Positions 1 through 8,100 of a stretch of 24,000 bases of DNA are shown here, one piece after another. Every line of letters begins with the position of its first letter. Within the stretch, counting starts at the first letter, position 1. The stretch is from Acidobacteriota bacterium. Lineage in GTDB: Bacteria > Acidobacteriota > Blastocatellia > Pyrinomonadales > Pyrinomonadaceae. The stretch is taken from positions 57,788 through 81,787 of the forward strand of contig JAVRON010000099.1 of NCBI GenBank assembly GCA_032162705.1, read 5' to 3'. The notes beneath the pieces are model-generated. The model did not search any database and was not told the DNA's origin. It saw only the letters and a program-made list of their open reading frames with translations. Made by a program: the position numbers and the translations under genes.

Positions 1-144
1 CCGACGCTCAAGCGCCGCTCGCCCGCTGCGGACGACACCGGCACACCCGCCGACCCTGCGACGGCGACGCCCGAGAAGAAGGATGACAAACCGCAGCTCA
101 AGCGTCGTACGGACGACCCGCAGCAGCAACAACCCCCGCAGTAA
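1..144 (+). CDS. 3' end of an unidentified ORF entering from the left edge (tail ...LKRRTDDPQQQQPPQ*)
   Basis: Frame 1 is open from base 1 to TAA at 142-144 and is followed by a palindromic terminator. The 47 visible residues contain no recognisable domain. Confidence 0.3.
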   Translation, partial: PTLKRRSPAADDTGTPADPATATPEKKDDKPQLKRRTDDPQQQQPPQ

Positions 145-182
145 GGACAAGCCCCGCACGCCCCCCGGCGGAAACCGAGCAG

Positions 183-224
183 CGAAGGCTCTCAGGTCTC
201 TAGAGACTTGAGAGCCTTCGGTTT
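183..224 (+). terminator. Palindromic stem-loop followed by GTTT
   Basis: CGAAGGCTCTCA (183-194) pairs perfectly with TGAGAGCCTTCG (209-220). An inner GTCTC/GAGAC pair is centred on TCTAGA, and a short T run follows. Confidence 0.55.
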
Positions 225-259
225 GAGGGATGCTTCCGGCAAAGGCGTGTCTCCGCTGC

Positions 260-288
260 TTGACAACAAAAAGGCCGTTTCGTATTCT
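260..288 (+). promoter_or_regulatory. Sigma70-type promoter for rplM-rpsI
   Basis: TTGACA (260-265), 17-nt spacer, TATTCT (283-288), about 45 nt upstream of the rplM ATG. Confidence 0.6.
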
Positions 289-331
289 ACTCGTTCGCGT
301 TCTAGACGCTTAAAATTGAGAGAGTTATCCT

Positions 332-793
332 ATGTCAACATATTTTCCCAGCGGGGACGGACTCGCTGATAATCGCAAGTGGTACGTCGTGGATGCGGAG
401 GGCCAGACCGTAGGCCGTCTGGCAACCGAGGTGGCGCGCGTGCTGATGGGCAAGAACAAGCCGCAGTATACGCCCTTCCTCGACACGGGCGACCACGTCA
501 TCGTCATCAACGCACGCAAGGCCGTTTTCAAAGGCTCGAAGAACGACCAGAAGATGTACCACCACCACACGCTCTATCCGGGCGGCCTGCGCTCGATCTC
601 AGTCAAGGATCAGTTCGACAGGCATCCCGAGCGCGTCATCGAGTTGGCCGTGCGCGGCATGTTGCCGAAGAACAAGCTCGGCAAGGCGATGGGAAAGAAA
701 CTCAAAGTCTACGCCGACGCCGAGCACCCGCACGCGGCGCAACGCCCCGAGTCGCTCGCCTTGAGCGCGCGGGCGGCGGCGCAGAAGGCATAA
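332..793 (+). CDS. rplM: 50S ribosomal protein L13
   Basis: 153 aa. The N-terminus [46 protein letters not shown] is the canonical L13 signature, and the gene is followed by rpsI as in most bacteria. Confidence 0.97.
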   Translation: MSTYFPSGDGLADNRKWYVVDAEGQTVGRLATEVARVLMGKNKPQYTPFLDTGDHVIVINARKAVFKGSKNDQKMYHHHTLYPGGLRSISVKDQFDRHPERVIELAVRGMLPKNKLGKAMGKKLKVYADAEHPHAAQRPESLALSARAAAQKA

Positions 794-821
794 ACGAAGT
801 TTAAGGTAAGGAAGAGGAACT

Positions 822-1214
822 GTGGCAGACATTCAGTATTACGGAACCGGGCGGCGCAAAACTTCGACGGCGCGCGTTTACTTGAGGCCGGGCACGGGCG
901 AGATCAAGATCAATCGCAAGACCTTCGACCAGTATTTCCCCAACCAGGCGCTTCGCATGGTCATCCGCCAGCCTTTGACGCTCACCGATACGGCCAACAA
1001 GTTCGACATCGTCGTCAACGTCGCGGGCGGCGGCCCGGCGGGACAGGCCGGTGCGGTGCGCCACGGCATCACACGCGCGCTGATGGTGTTCAACTCAGAC
1101 CTGCGCCCCGCGCTCAAAGACGCAGGACTCGTTACGCGTGACCCGCGCGCCAAAGAGCGCAAGAAGTACGGCCAGAAGGGCGCGCGCAAGCGCTTCCAGT
1201 TCTCGAAGAGATAA
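822..1214 (+). CDS. rpsI: 30S ribosomal protein S9
   Basis: 130 aa with a GTG start preceded by [32 protein letters not shown] and the C-terminal [17 protein letters not shown] are typical S9. Confidence 0.97.
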   Translation: MADIQYYGTGRRKTSTARVYLRPGTGEIKINRKTFDQYFPNQALRMVIRQPLTLTDTANKFDIVVNVAGGGPAGQAGAVRHGITRALMVFNSDLRPALKDAGLVTRDPRAKERKKYGQKGARKRFQFSKR

Positions 1215-1221
1215 TCATCTA

Positions 1222-1294
1222 GTGATAAGTGATGCGTGATAAGTGATAAGACAATCCGTCTTTTTCTTATCACTTATCACGCATCACTTATCAC
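1222..1294. repeat. Perfect 30-bp-arm palindrome built of GTGATRM heptamers (family A, copy 1)
   Basis: The left arm GTGATAAGTGATGCGTGATAAGTGATAAGA (1222-1251) is the exact reverse complement of 1265-1294. The loop is 13 nt. The element lies 8 nt after the rpsI stop. Confidence 0.95.
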
Positions 1295-1310
1295 CGTCGT
1301 TAATCCATTG

Positions 1311-1395
1311 CCTCGCCCCGATTGGTTGTCCTCCTTGCTCAAGGAGGCTCTTGGGGCGCGGCGAGTACACAAAACCAATCCGGATTGAGGAGGAT
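1311..1395 (+). promoter_or_regulatory. Structured rpsB 5' leader with an SD decoy and anti-SD (candidate S2 autoregulatory element)
   Basis: CCGATTGGTT (1318-1327) pairs with AACCAATCCGG (1373-1383, one bulge). The hairpin CCTCCTT (1330-1336)/AAGGAGG (1341-1347) sits inside it. CTCGCC (1312-1317)/GGCGAG (1360-1365) would cross these pairs as a pseudoknot. The real SD GAGGAGGA is at 1388-1395. Confidence 0.3.
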
Positions 1396-1400
1396 TTAGT

Positions 1401-2462
1401 TTGCCAGTCACCGTTACGATGAAAGAATTGCTGGAGGCCGGCGTGCACTTCGGCCACCAGGTCAGACGTTGGAATCCGAAGATGAAGGAGTTTATCTTCG
1501 GCGAGCGCAACGGCATTAACATTATCGACCTTCAGAAGACGCAGAAGATGTTTCGCGACGCCATCTCGTTCGTCACCTCTCTGATGGGCGAAGACCGCGG
1601 GCGCAACATCCTCTTCGTCGGCACCAAGCGGCAGGCGCAGGACGCCATCCGCGAAGAGGCCGAACGCGCGGGACAGTATTACATCAATCAGCGCTGGCTG
1701 GGCGGCCTTTTGACGAACTTCCAGACCGTGCAGAAGTCGATCAAGCGCCTGCGCGACCTCGAAGCGATGCAATTGGACGGTCGCTACGAGAAGATGACGA
1801 AGAAGGAGCGCATCAAGCTCGACCGCGAGCGCGAGATTCTCGACAAGAACCTTTCGGGCATCAAGAACATGACGCGACTGCCCGACGCGCTCTTCGTCAT
1901 CGACGTGCGTAAAGAGGACATCGCCGTCAAGGAGGCCAATCGCCTCGGCATCCCCATCATCGCGGTGGTTGACACCAACTGCTCGCCCGAAGGCATCGAC
2001 TACGTCATCCCCGGCAACGACGACGCACTGCGCGCCGTGCGGCTCTTCGCCTCGCGCATCGCCGACGCCGTCGTCGAGGGACAGCAGTTGCACAGCAAGG
2101 GCAGCGAGGACGAGGACGGGGGACAGACCTCTGCTGCGGAGGCTGCCTCCGTCGCCGCTTCCGCACCCACGACGCGTCCCGCCGCGACCTCTTCGGATAC
2201 GACCGCAGGCGAGCCTGGCGCGCAGGTCGCCGCCTCGGGCGATGCCCCGAACGTCTCGCCCGAGGCGGAAGTCTCCGTCCCCGGCAACATCGGCTTCGGC
2301 AAGACGGGCCAGCAACCCGACAGCGTCGGCGACCGCGAACAGGTCGGAACACACGCGCCCGTACGCGGCGCGACCGGCGCGCCGCAGACCGAAGGCACGC
2401 AGCAGTCATCCTCTTCGCCCGAGCAGGAGAAGGGCGCGGAGACGGTCGGCGCGGCCAAGTAA
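1401..2462 (+). CDS. rpsB: 30S ribosomal protein S2 with a ~120-aa low-complexity C-terminal extension
   Basis: TTG start 7 nt after [49 protein letters not shown] is the canonical S2 N-terminus. The conserved core ends near aa 230 and the rest is Ser/Ala/Pro/Glu-rich. Confidence 0.95.
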   Translation: MPVTVTMKELLEAGVHFGHQVRRWNPKMKEFIFGERNGINIIDLQKTQKMFRDAISFVTSLMGEDRGRNILFVGTKRQAQDAIREEAERAGQYYINQRWLGGLLTNFQTVQKSIKRLRDLEAMQLDGRYEKMTKKERIKLDREREILDKNLSGIKNMTRLPDALFVIDVRKEDIAVKEANRLGIPIIAVVDTNCSPEGIDYVIPGNDDALRAVRLFASRIADAVVEGQQLHSKGSEDEDGGQTSAAEAASVAASAPTTRPAATSSDTTAGEPGAQVAASGDAPNVSPEAEVSVPGNIGFGKTGQQPDSVGDREQVGTHAPVRGATGAPQTEGTQQSSSSPEQEKGAETVGAAK

Positions 2463-2508
2463 GTCGCGACCCGGGCCGACCCGACATTCAATTTTCAAAC
2501 GACGGCGA

Positions 2509-2555
2509 GCGCAGCCCTCCATTGCGGATGAACCCGCCGGGCTGCGCATCTTTTT
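2509..2555 (+). terminator. Rho-independent terminator/attenuator between rpsB and tsf
   Basis: GCGCAGCCC (2509-2517) pairs with GGGCTGCGC (2539-2547) and is followed by ATCTTTTT. Confidence 0.55.
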
Positions 2556-2556
2556 G

Positions 2557-2681
2557 AGTAGACAGTAGACAGTAGTCAGTAGACAGTAGGCTCCGCTAAG
2601 CATAGGCCGCCACCTTTCTTCTGACTGCCCGGCTCGTAAAGGTTTTTCCTACTGTCTACTGACTACTATCTACTGTCTACT
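2557..2681. repeat. 34-bp-arm palindrome built of AGTAGAC heptamers
   Basis: The left arm AGTAGACAGTAGACAGTAGTCAGTAGACAGTAGG (2557-2590) pairs with 2648-2681, with 1 mismatch in 34. The loop is 57 nt. Confidence 0.9.
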
Positions 2682-2697
2682 TTTCAGGAGAGTTATC

Positions 2698-3369
2698 ATG
2701 GCGGACATTACACCGGGTGCGGTCAAGGCGCTGAGGGAGAAGACGGGCGCGGGGATGATGGATTGCAAGAAGGCGCTCCAGGAGGCCGAGGGCAACGAGG
2801 AGCAGGCGGTCGAAATCCTGCGCAAGCGCGGCATGGCTACCGCCGGGAAGAAGGCGGGACGAGTCGCCGCAGAGGGCGCGGTCGGCTCCTATATTCACAT
2901 GGGCGGCAAGGTCGGCGTGCTCGTCGAGATCAACTGCGAGACCGACTTCGTCGCGCGCACCGACGATTTCCAGGCGCTCGTCAAGGATGTCGCGATGCAC
3001 ATCGCCGCCGCCGAGCCGCGCTTCGTCACGCGCGAGGAAGTGCCCGCGGACTTGCTCGACAAGGAGCGCGAGATCACGCGCGCACAGATCGCGAACGACC
3101 CGAAGAACGCGAACAAGCCCGAGCAGGTCATCGAAAAGATCGTCGAAGGCCGCTTGAACAAGTTCTTTGAGGAGACGGTTCTCCTAGACCAGCCCTTCGT
3201 CAAAGACCCGGCCAAGACCATCAATGAACTCTTGACCGAAAAGATTGCCCGGACGGGCGAGCGCATCACCGTGCGCCGCTTCTCGCGTTACAAGATGGGC
3301 GAAGGACTCGCCAAGCGCGAAGAGGACTTCGGCAGCGAGGTCGCTGCGCTGACCGGCGGCAATCAGTAA
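2698..3369 (+). CDS. tsf: Elongation factor Ts (short form)
   Basis: 223 aa. [37 protein letters not shown] (UBA-like N-domain) and [15 protein letters not shown] are EF-Ts hallmarks. RBS is AGGAGA. The rpsB-tsf synteny is conserved. Confidence 0.95.
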   Translation: MADITPGAVKALREKTGAGMMDCKKALQEAEGNEEQAVEILRKRGMATAGKKAGRVAAEGAVGSYIHMGGKVGVLVEINCETDFVARTDDFQALVKDVAMHIAAAEPRFVTREEVPADLLDKEREITRAQIANDPKNANKPEQVIEKIVEGRLNKFFEETVLLDQPFVKDPAKTINELLTEKIARTGERITVRRFSRYKMGEGLAKREEDFGSEVAALTGGNQ

Positions 3370-3387
3370 GCGCTTTAACAGAAGGAC

Positions 3388-3509
3388 AATTAACAGGGAT
3401 AGACAGGATAGGCAGGATGAAACGAAAGAATAAGCATTTGAGATTTGGAATCTGAAATCTGAAATCTGAAATTCTCTTATCCTGTCCATCATGTCCATCC
3501 CTGTTAATT
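3388..3509. repeat. Imperfect 31-bp-arm palindrome with an (ATCTGAA)x3 tandem repeat in the loop
   Basis: Arms 3388-3418 and 3479-3509 match at 27 of 31 positions. The loop contains ATCTGAAATCTGAAATCTGAA (about 3449-3470). The right arm ends 8 nt before the pyrH ATG. Confidence 0.8.
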
Positions 3510-3517
3510 TCTGACGC

Positions 3518-4288
3518 ATGACAAACAGTGATGACAATACGGTGGCCGACAGCGCGAAGAAGCAGGTCAAGTCTGCCTTCAGCCGCATACTGCTGAAAGC
3601 GTCGGGCGAGGCGCTGATGGGCGCGCAGAACTACGGCGTTGATGTAGGTGTGGCGCGCTCCATCGCCGAAGAGATCAGGGACGTACGCGACCTCGGCGTC
3701 GAGGTGGCGGTGGTCGTCGGCGGCGGTAACATCTTCCGAGGTGTCTCGGAGAGCGCGGGCGACATGGACAGGTCGAGCGCCGACTACATCGGCATGCTCG
3801 CCACCGTGATGAACGCCGTGGTGTTGCAGGACGCTTTGGAGAAGGTCGGCGTCCACACGCGCGTGCTCTCGGCCATCAACATTCCGCAGGTCGCCGAGCC
3901 GTTCATACGACGCCGCGCTATCCGCCATCTGGAGAAGGGGCGCGTCGTCATCTTTGCCGCGGGGACGGGCAATCCGTACTTCACGACCGACTCGGCGGCG
4001 GCGCTGCGCGCACTCGAAATCAAGGCGGACGTGATATTGAAGGCGACGAAAGTTGACGGCGTCTACACGGCTGACCCCGTCAAAGACCCGACCGCCACGC
4101 GCTTCGACTGCATCACCTACCGCGAGGTGTTAGAGAAGCAACTGAAGGTGATGGACGCCTCCGCCATCTCGCTCTGCATGGACAACGACCTCCCCATCGT
4201 CGTCTTCAACATGCGCACCACAGGCAACATCGTCCGCGTCGTCTCAGGCGAGACCGTCGGCACGTGGGTCTGCAACGAAAAGCCGTGA
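3518..4288 (+). CDS. pyrH: UMP kinase
   Basis: 256 aa. [12 protein letters not shown]...[16 protein letters not shown] and [20 protein letters not shown] are PyrH motifs. The tsf-pyrH-frr synteny is conserved. Confidence 0.93.
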   Translation: MTNSDDNTVADSAKKQVKSAFSRILLKASGEALMGAQNYGVDVGVARSIAEEIRDVRDLGVEVAVVVGGGNIFRGVSESAGDMDRSSADYIGMLATVMNAVVLQDALEKVGVHTRVLSAINIPQVAEPFIRRRAIRHLEKGRVVIFAAGTGNPYFTTDSAAALRALEIKADVILKATKVDGVYTADPVKDPTATRFDCITYREVLEKQLKVMDASAISLCMDNDLPIVVFNMRTTGNIVRVVSGETVGTWVCNEKP

Positions 4289-4359
4289 TAAGTGATGAGT
4301 GATGAGTGATAAGAAAGAGTAGTCGATTTTCTTATCACTCATCACTCATCACTTATCAC
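4285..4359. repeat. Perfect 32-bp-arm palindrome of GTGATRM heptamers (family A, copy 2)
   Basis: The left arm GTGATAAGTGATGAGTGATGAGTGATAAGAAA (4285-4316) is the exact reverse complement of 4328-4359. The loop is 11 nt. The left arm overlaps the pyrH TGA stop (4286-4288). Confidence 0.95.
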
Positions 4360-4372
4360 TCGGAGAGAAGCT

Positions 4373-4933
4373 ATGAGCGAAAAAGATGTCATCAAGGAGA
4401 CGCGCCCGCGGATGGAGGGGGCGGTCGAGGACTTGAGGAAGAAGCTGGCGACCATCCGGACGGGGCGCGCGGCCGTGAGCCTGCTCGACTCCGTCGTGGT
4501 CGAGTATTACGGCACGCCGACGCCGCTCGGCCAGATGGCCTCGGTGCATGCGCCGGAGCCGAACATGCTGACGGTGCAGGCATGGGATCAGACGCAGCTC
4601 GGCGCAATCGAGAAGGCCATCCGCTCGGCAGACCTCGGCCTTAACCCTTCAAATGACGGCAAGCTCGTGCGCGTGCCCGTCCCGCCTCTGACCGAGGAGC
4701 GCCGCAAGCAACTCGCCAAGCAGGTTCACGAGGCAGCAGAGGAGCACCGCACGGCCATCCGCAACGTCCGCCGCGACTCAAACGACCGCCTCCGAAAGAT
4801 GCTCAAGGACAAGCAGATTTCCGAGGACGCAGAGCGCGACGCACTCGCCGAAGTCCAGAAGCTGACAGACAACTACATCGGCAAGGTCGATGAGTTTGCC
4901 AAGTCGAAGGAGCAGGAGATTCTGAGCGTCTAG
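4373..4933 (+). CDS. frr: Ribosome recycling factor
   Basis: 186 aa. LRKKLATIRTGRA..SLLD.V.VEYYG..TPL.Q.A and NPSNDGKLVRVPVPPLTEERRK are typical RRF. RBS is GGAGAGAAG. Confidence 0.95.
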   Translation: MSEKDVIKETRPRMEGAVEDLRKKLATIRTGRAAVSLLDSVVVEYYGTPTPLGQMASVHAPEPNMLTVQAWDQTQLGAIEKAIRSADLGLNPSNDGKLVRVPVPPLTEERRKQLAKQVHEAAEEHRTAIRNVRRDSNDRLRKMLKDKQISEDAERDALAEVQKLTDNYIGKVDEFAKSKEQEILSV

Positions 4934-5006
4934 ACCGGAGAGGTTTAAGACGAAAACCGAAACCGCGTGCGCCTGAGCGAGCGTGTGTTTCAACCGTGAA
5001 GAGACG

Positions 5007-5041
5007 AAGGGCGCGAAGATTGAAATTGTCTTCGCGCCCTT
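5007..5041 (+). terminator. Stem-loop downstream of frr
   Basis: AAGGGCGCGAAGA (5007-5019) pairs perfectly with TCTTCGCGCCCTT (5029-5041). The loop is 9 nt and a T-rich tract follows. Confidence 0.5.
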
Positions 5042-5068
5042 TGTGTCTTCTTCGCAAGAGGGCAGTGA

Positions 5069-5162
5069 GGCAGAAGCCCGACCGTGAGGGAGGGCGTCTC
5101 AACTCTCGCTACTTGCTTCCTTAATGAACGTCTACGCCCTCCCTCACGGTCGGGCTTCCGCC
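5069..5162. repeat. GC-rich 29-bp-arm palindrome (GAAGCCCGACCGTGAGGGAGGGCGT type)
   Basis: 5069-5097 pairs with 5134-5162 with 1 mismatch in 29. The loop is 36 nt. It lies between the convergent 3' ends of frr and the OMP gene. Confidence 0.85.
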
Positions 5163-5193
5163 ACCTACGCGCTACTCCCATCCAAACTTTGCT

Positions 5194-8100
5194 CTAGAAG
5201 CTGAACCGCACGGACGCCGTGATGCGCCGGTTGCCCGCTGCCTGGTTGCCGCCGCCGAATCCGCCGCCGAGGGCGGAGAGCGACTGCCCGAAGCTGGGCG
5301 AACTCAGGTTACCCACCGGGTTGGAGAAATTCGTGTGGTTGAGCAGGTTCAGGAAGTTGAGCGAGAAGTTCAAGCTATAGCGCTTCTGCTCGCCGCCGCC
5401 GCCGGGGCCGCCCATCGAAATCATCATCGGGCCGCCCATGCCGCCGCCGACCGGGCCGCCGCCACCACGTCCGCCGCCGCCACCTCCTCCGCGACCGCCT
5501 TCACCGCCGCCGCCACGCCCACCTTCACCGCCGCGCCCGGCACGGTCGCCGCCGCTCTTTCTGTCCGCCTCATTCTGAGCGGCGTTGGAGTCCGCCGCCT
5601 TCTTCGCTGCGGCGGCCCTCGTCGCGGGCGTGTCGCCGAAGCCGATGGTGCGGCCCACTCTCAGGTTGACGGAGAAGAAGCCGGGGCCTTCTGCGAAGTT
5701 GCGCGGGATGATTCTCTGTCCCGCCTTGGGGTTGATGTCGAAGTCTCCGTAGGGAGTGTGACGCAGGTCGGTCGCGGCGGTCTGCGCGTCGGCGAATGCC
5801 GGGCGGTCGTTGAAGATGCCGTCGCGGTTGTTGTCAAAGCCGGTCGTGATGTTGAAGGGCCGGCCCGTGTTCGCGATGATGATCGGGTTCAGCGAGAGCT
5901 TCAGATAGGGAATGCCGAGCGAGCCGAAGAGGAAGAAGCGGTGGCGCGTGTCGAAAGACGTGCGCCCGTACTCGCCCGTCAGGTCGTACTGGTTGACGGG
6001 AAAGCCGCCGAAATCCGTATCGCTCTGAGCCTTGCTGAGCGTGTAGTTGGCGCTCAGAGAGACGGCGCGATTGAACTGTTTGCTGACGCTGATGTTGAGT
6101 TGCTTCATGCTCTGCGTCCCCGAAGTCTCGTACTGATAGATGTTGCCGAGTTCGGGACGCGGGCGAAGGCCGGATGGCAGCGGCGCGTTGATGTTGCGCG
6201 AGCGCAAGACGTGTCGCGTGTCGTAGGTCGAGAAGAACACGTTGAGCGTGGTGGTCTTCGTAAGCTGTCGCGTCAGGATCGCGCCGCTGATGTATGAGTA
6301 GGGCGCGGTGATGTCGGGCGCGAGTTGCCGCGTCGTCTGCTGCACGGAGAAGGCGCTCAGTTGGGCGACCGTGGGAACTGCCGGGAAGTGCGTCAGGATG
6401 TCGAGCGCCGTCTGTGCGCGTACGGGGTCGTCGCCCGCGAGCGGCGTGGTGATGATGAACTGCTGCTGGTTGACGCCGTTGAAGCGCTCGGCCTGAAGGC
6501 TCAAATTCTCTCCGATGCGGTCGTAGAAGATGCCGAAGCCGAGGCGGATGACGGTCTTCGCCTGCTTCCCGCCTTTGCCGTCGGGCGACCACGCGAGGTA
6601 GACGCGCGGGGCAAAGTCGAATCTGCTTTTGATGTTCGTCTGTGCTTCATAGCGCAGGCCGCCGCCGAGCGTCAGGTTTGGCCTGACCTTCCAGTCGTCC
6701 TGAACGAAGCCGCCGAAATCAACCTGGCTGATGTCGGCCAGCGGCTGGCCGCCCGCCAACGAAAACTGCGTCGCGCCGATACCGAGCTGCGTCAGTGTGA
6801 GCGAGCCGCGGTTGGTGGGCAACGGGTTCGAGTTGAAGAAACTTGTGCGGCGGAAACGTTCGAGACTCGTCACCTGCGTGAAGACCGGCACGGGCCGGCC
6901 CGTCACGGGGTCGGTCTGGAAGACGACCTGATTGTTGGCGTCGAGTTGGACAGCCGAGCCGCCGCCGAAGGTGAATGTACCGTTGAAATTGTTCTCGGAG
7001 GTATCCTGGACGTTGACGCCGCGCACGCGTGCGCCGAACTTGAGCGAGTGGACTCCGTGCGCCTGCGTCGTCGTGTTGGTCAACTCCCAACGGCTGGTCT
7101 GGCTCGAAGAGTTGCCGACCGTCGCGCCGCCCTGAAAGAAAGCGTCGAGCACGTTGACGGCTAAGGCGTTGCTCAACGCGGTCTGCTCGTTGCGATTGCG
7201 TATGAACTGGAAGCGCGTCTCGTTGACGGTCGTCTTGTTGACGATGGCCGTCTCGGTCAATTGCAGAGTGTGACCCTGTGTGGTCTGGTCGAAGGCGCGC
7301 TCGGGCAGCGAGAACTGCGAGACGCCGAGGTTCTGCTGCTTGCTGCGGAAGTAGCTGTAACGCGCGACGAGCGTGTGGTTCTGGTTGATCGCGTAGTCGA
7401 TGCGCGGGCTCATGTTGAAGTTGCGACGTGGCGTCAAGACCGCCGCGTTGAAGCCCGTCGGCTGGAGCGTCAAGGGGTCGAGGATGGTCGCGTTGATGAG
7501 GTCGTTATCGTCGGTCGCGCCGTGCTCGAAGTCTAAGAAGAACGAAGCCTTCTTCGGGATGATGCTGCCGGAGAGGTTGCCGCCGAACTGCCGGAACTGG
7601 AAGGGCGGGCGCTTGCTGCTCCGAAGGAAAGGGTTGCGCGAGTTAAGGCTCTCGTCGTTGAAGGTTGCGGAGAGGCTGCCCCGCAGCTTGTCCGTGCCGG
7701 GCTTGGTGAAAATCTGTATGCCGCCGAAGCCGGGCTGGTCGCGCTCAGCCGAGAGCGGATTGTCGTTGATGCGTATCTCGCGAATCGAGTCCTTGGGCGG
7801 AATGCGTCCACCCTCGAAGCCGTCGATCAAAATCTGCCCGCCGTTCGGGCCCGCCGCCGGGCCTGCAAGCGCCGAGAGCGCCGCGGCCAGTTCGTCCGGG
7901 TCTTCGGGCAGCGCTTCGAGGTCTTTGCCCTTGAGCACGATGGCCCCGGCGCTGGCGTTATCGACGCTGATGGGGCCTTCGGCGGCGACCGTCACCTCTT
8001 CCTTTTCGAGCGAGACGCCGAGCGTGATCTTCGGTAGCTCGTTGCGACCGGGCTGGACGTTCACCTCCGTGTTCTCATAGAAGGCGAAGCCCGGCGAGAT

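Noticed and set aside
1284-2354. 356-aa minus-strand ORF (plus 1969-2568 +, 2000-2491 - and 2005-2487 -) overlapping rpsB
   Set aside because: It is antisense or out of frame to a confidently identified S2 gene. The translations are Arg/Ala/Gly-rich low-complexity sequence, typical of open alternate frames in GC-rich DNA.
4117-4644. Small ORFs reading through the palindromes (for example 4306-4644 + [18 protein letters not shown]..., 4117-4338 -, 878-1273 -, 8396-8743 +, 10023-10244 -)
   Set aside because: They start inside palindrome arms, so both strands give mirror-image peptides. They then run out of frame into neighbouring genes. They are artefacts of repeat symmetry.
5386-5556. Gly-rich tracts considered as collagen-like or RGG RNA-binding domains, or as G-quadruplex DNA
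   Set aside because: There is no Gly-X-Y triplet periodicity. The proteins are exported or outer-membrane proteins, so RNA binding is implausible. The G runs on the coding strand are mostly 2 nt long, interrupted by C/T, which is too short for canonical G4 motifs.
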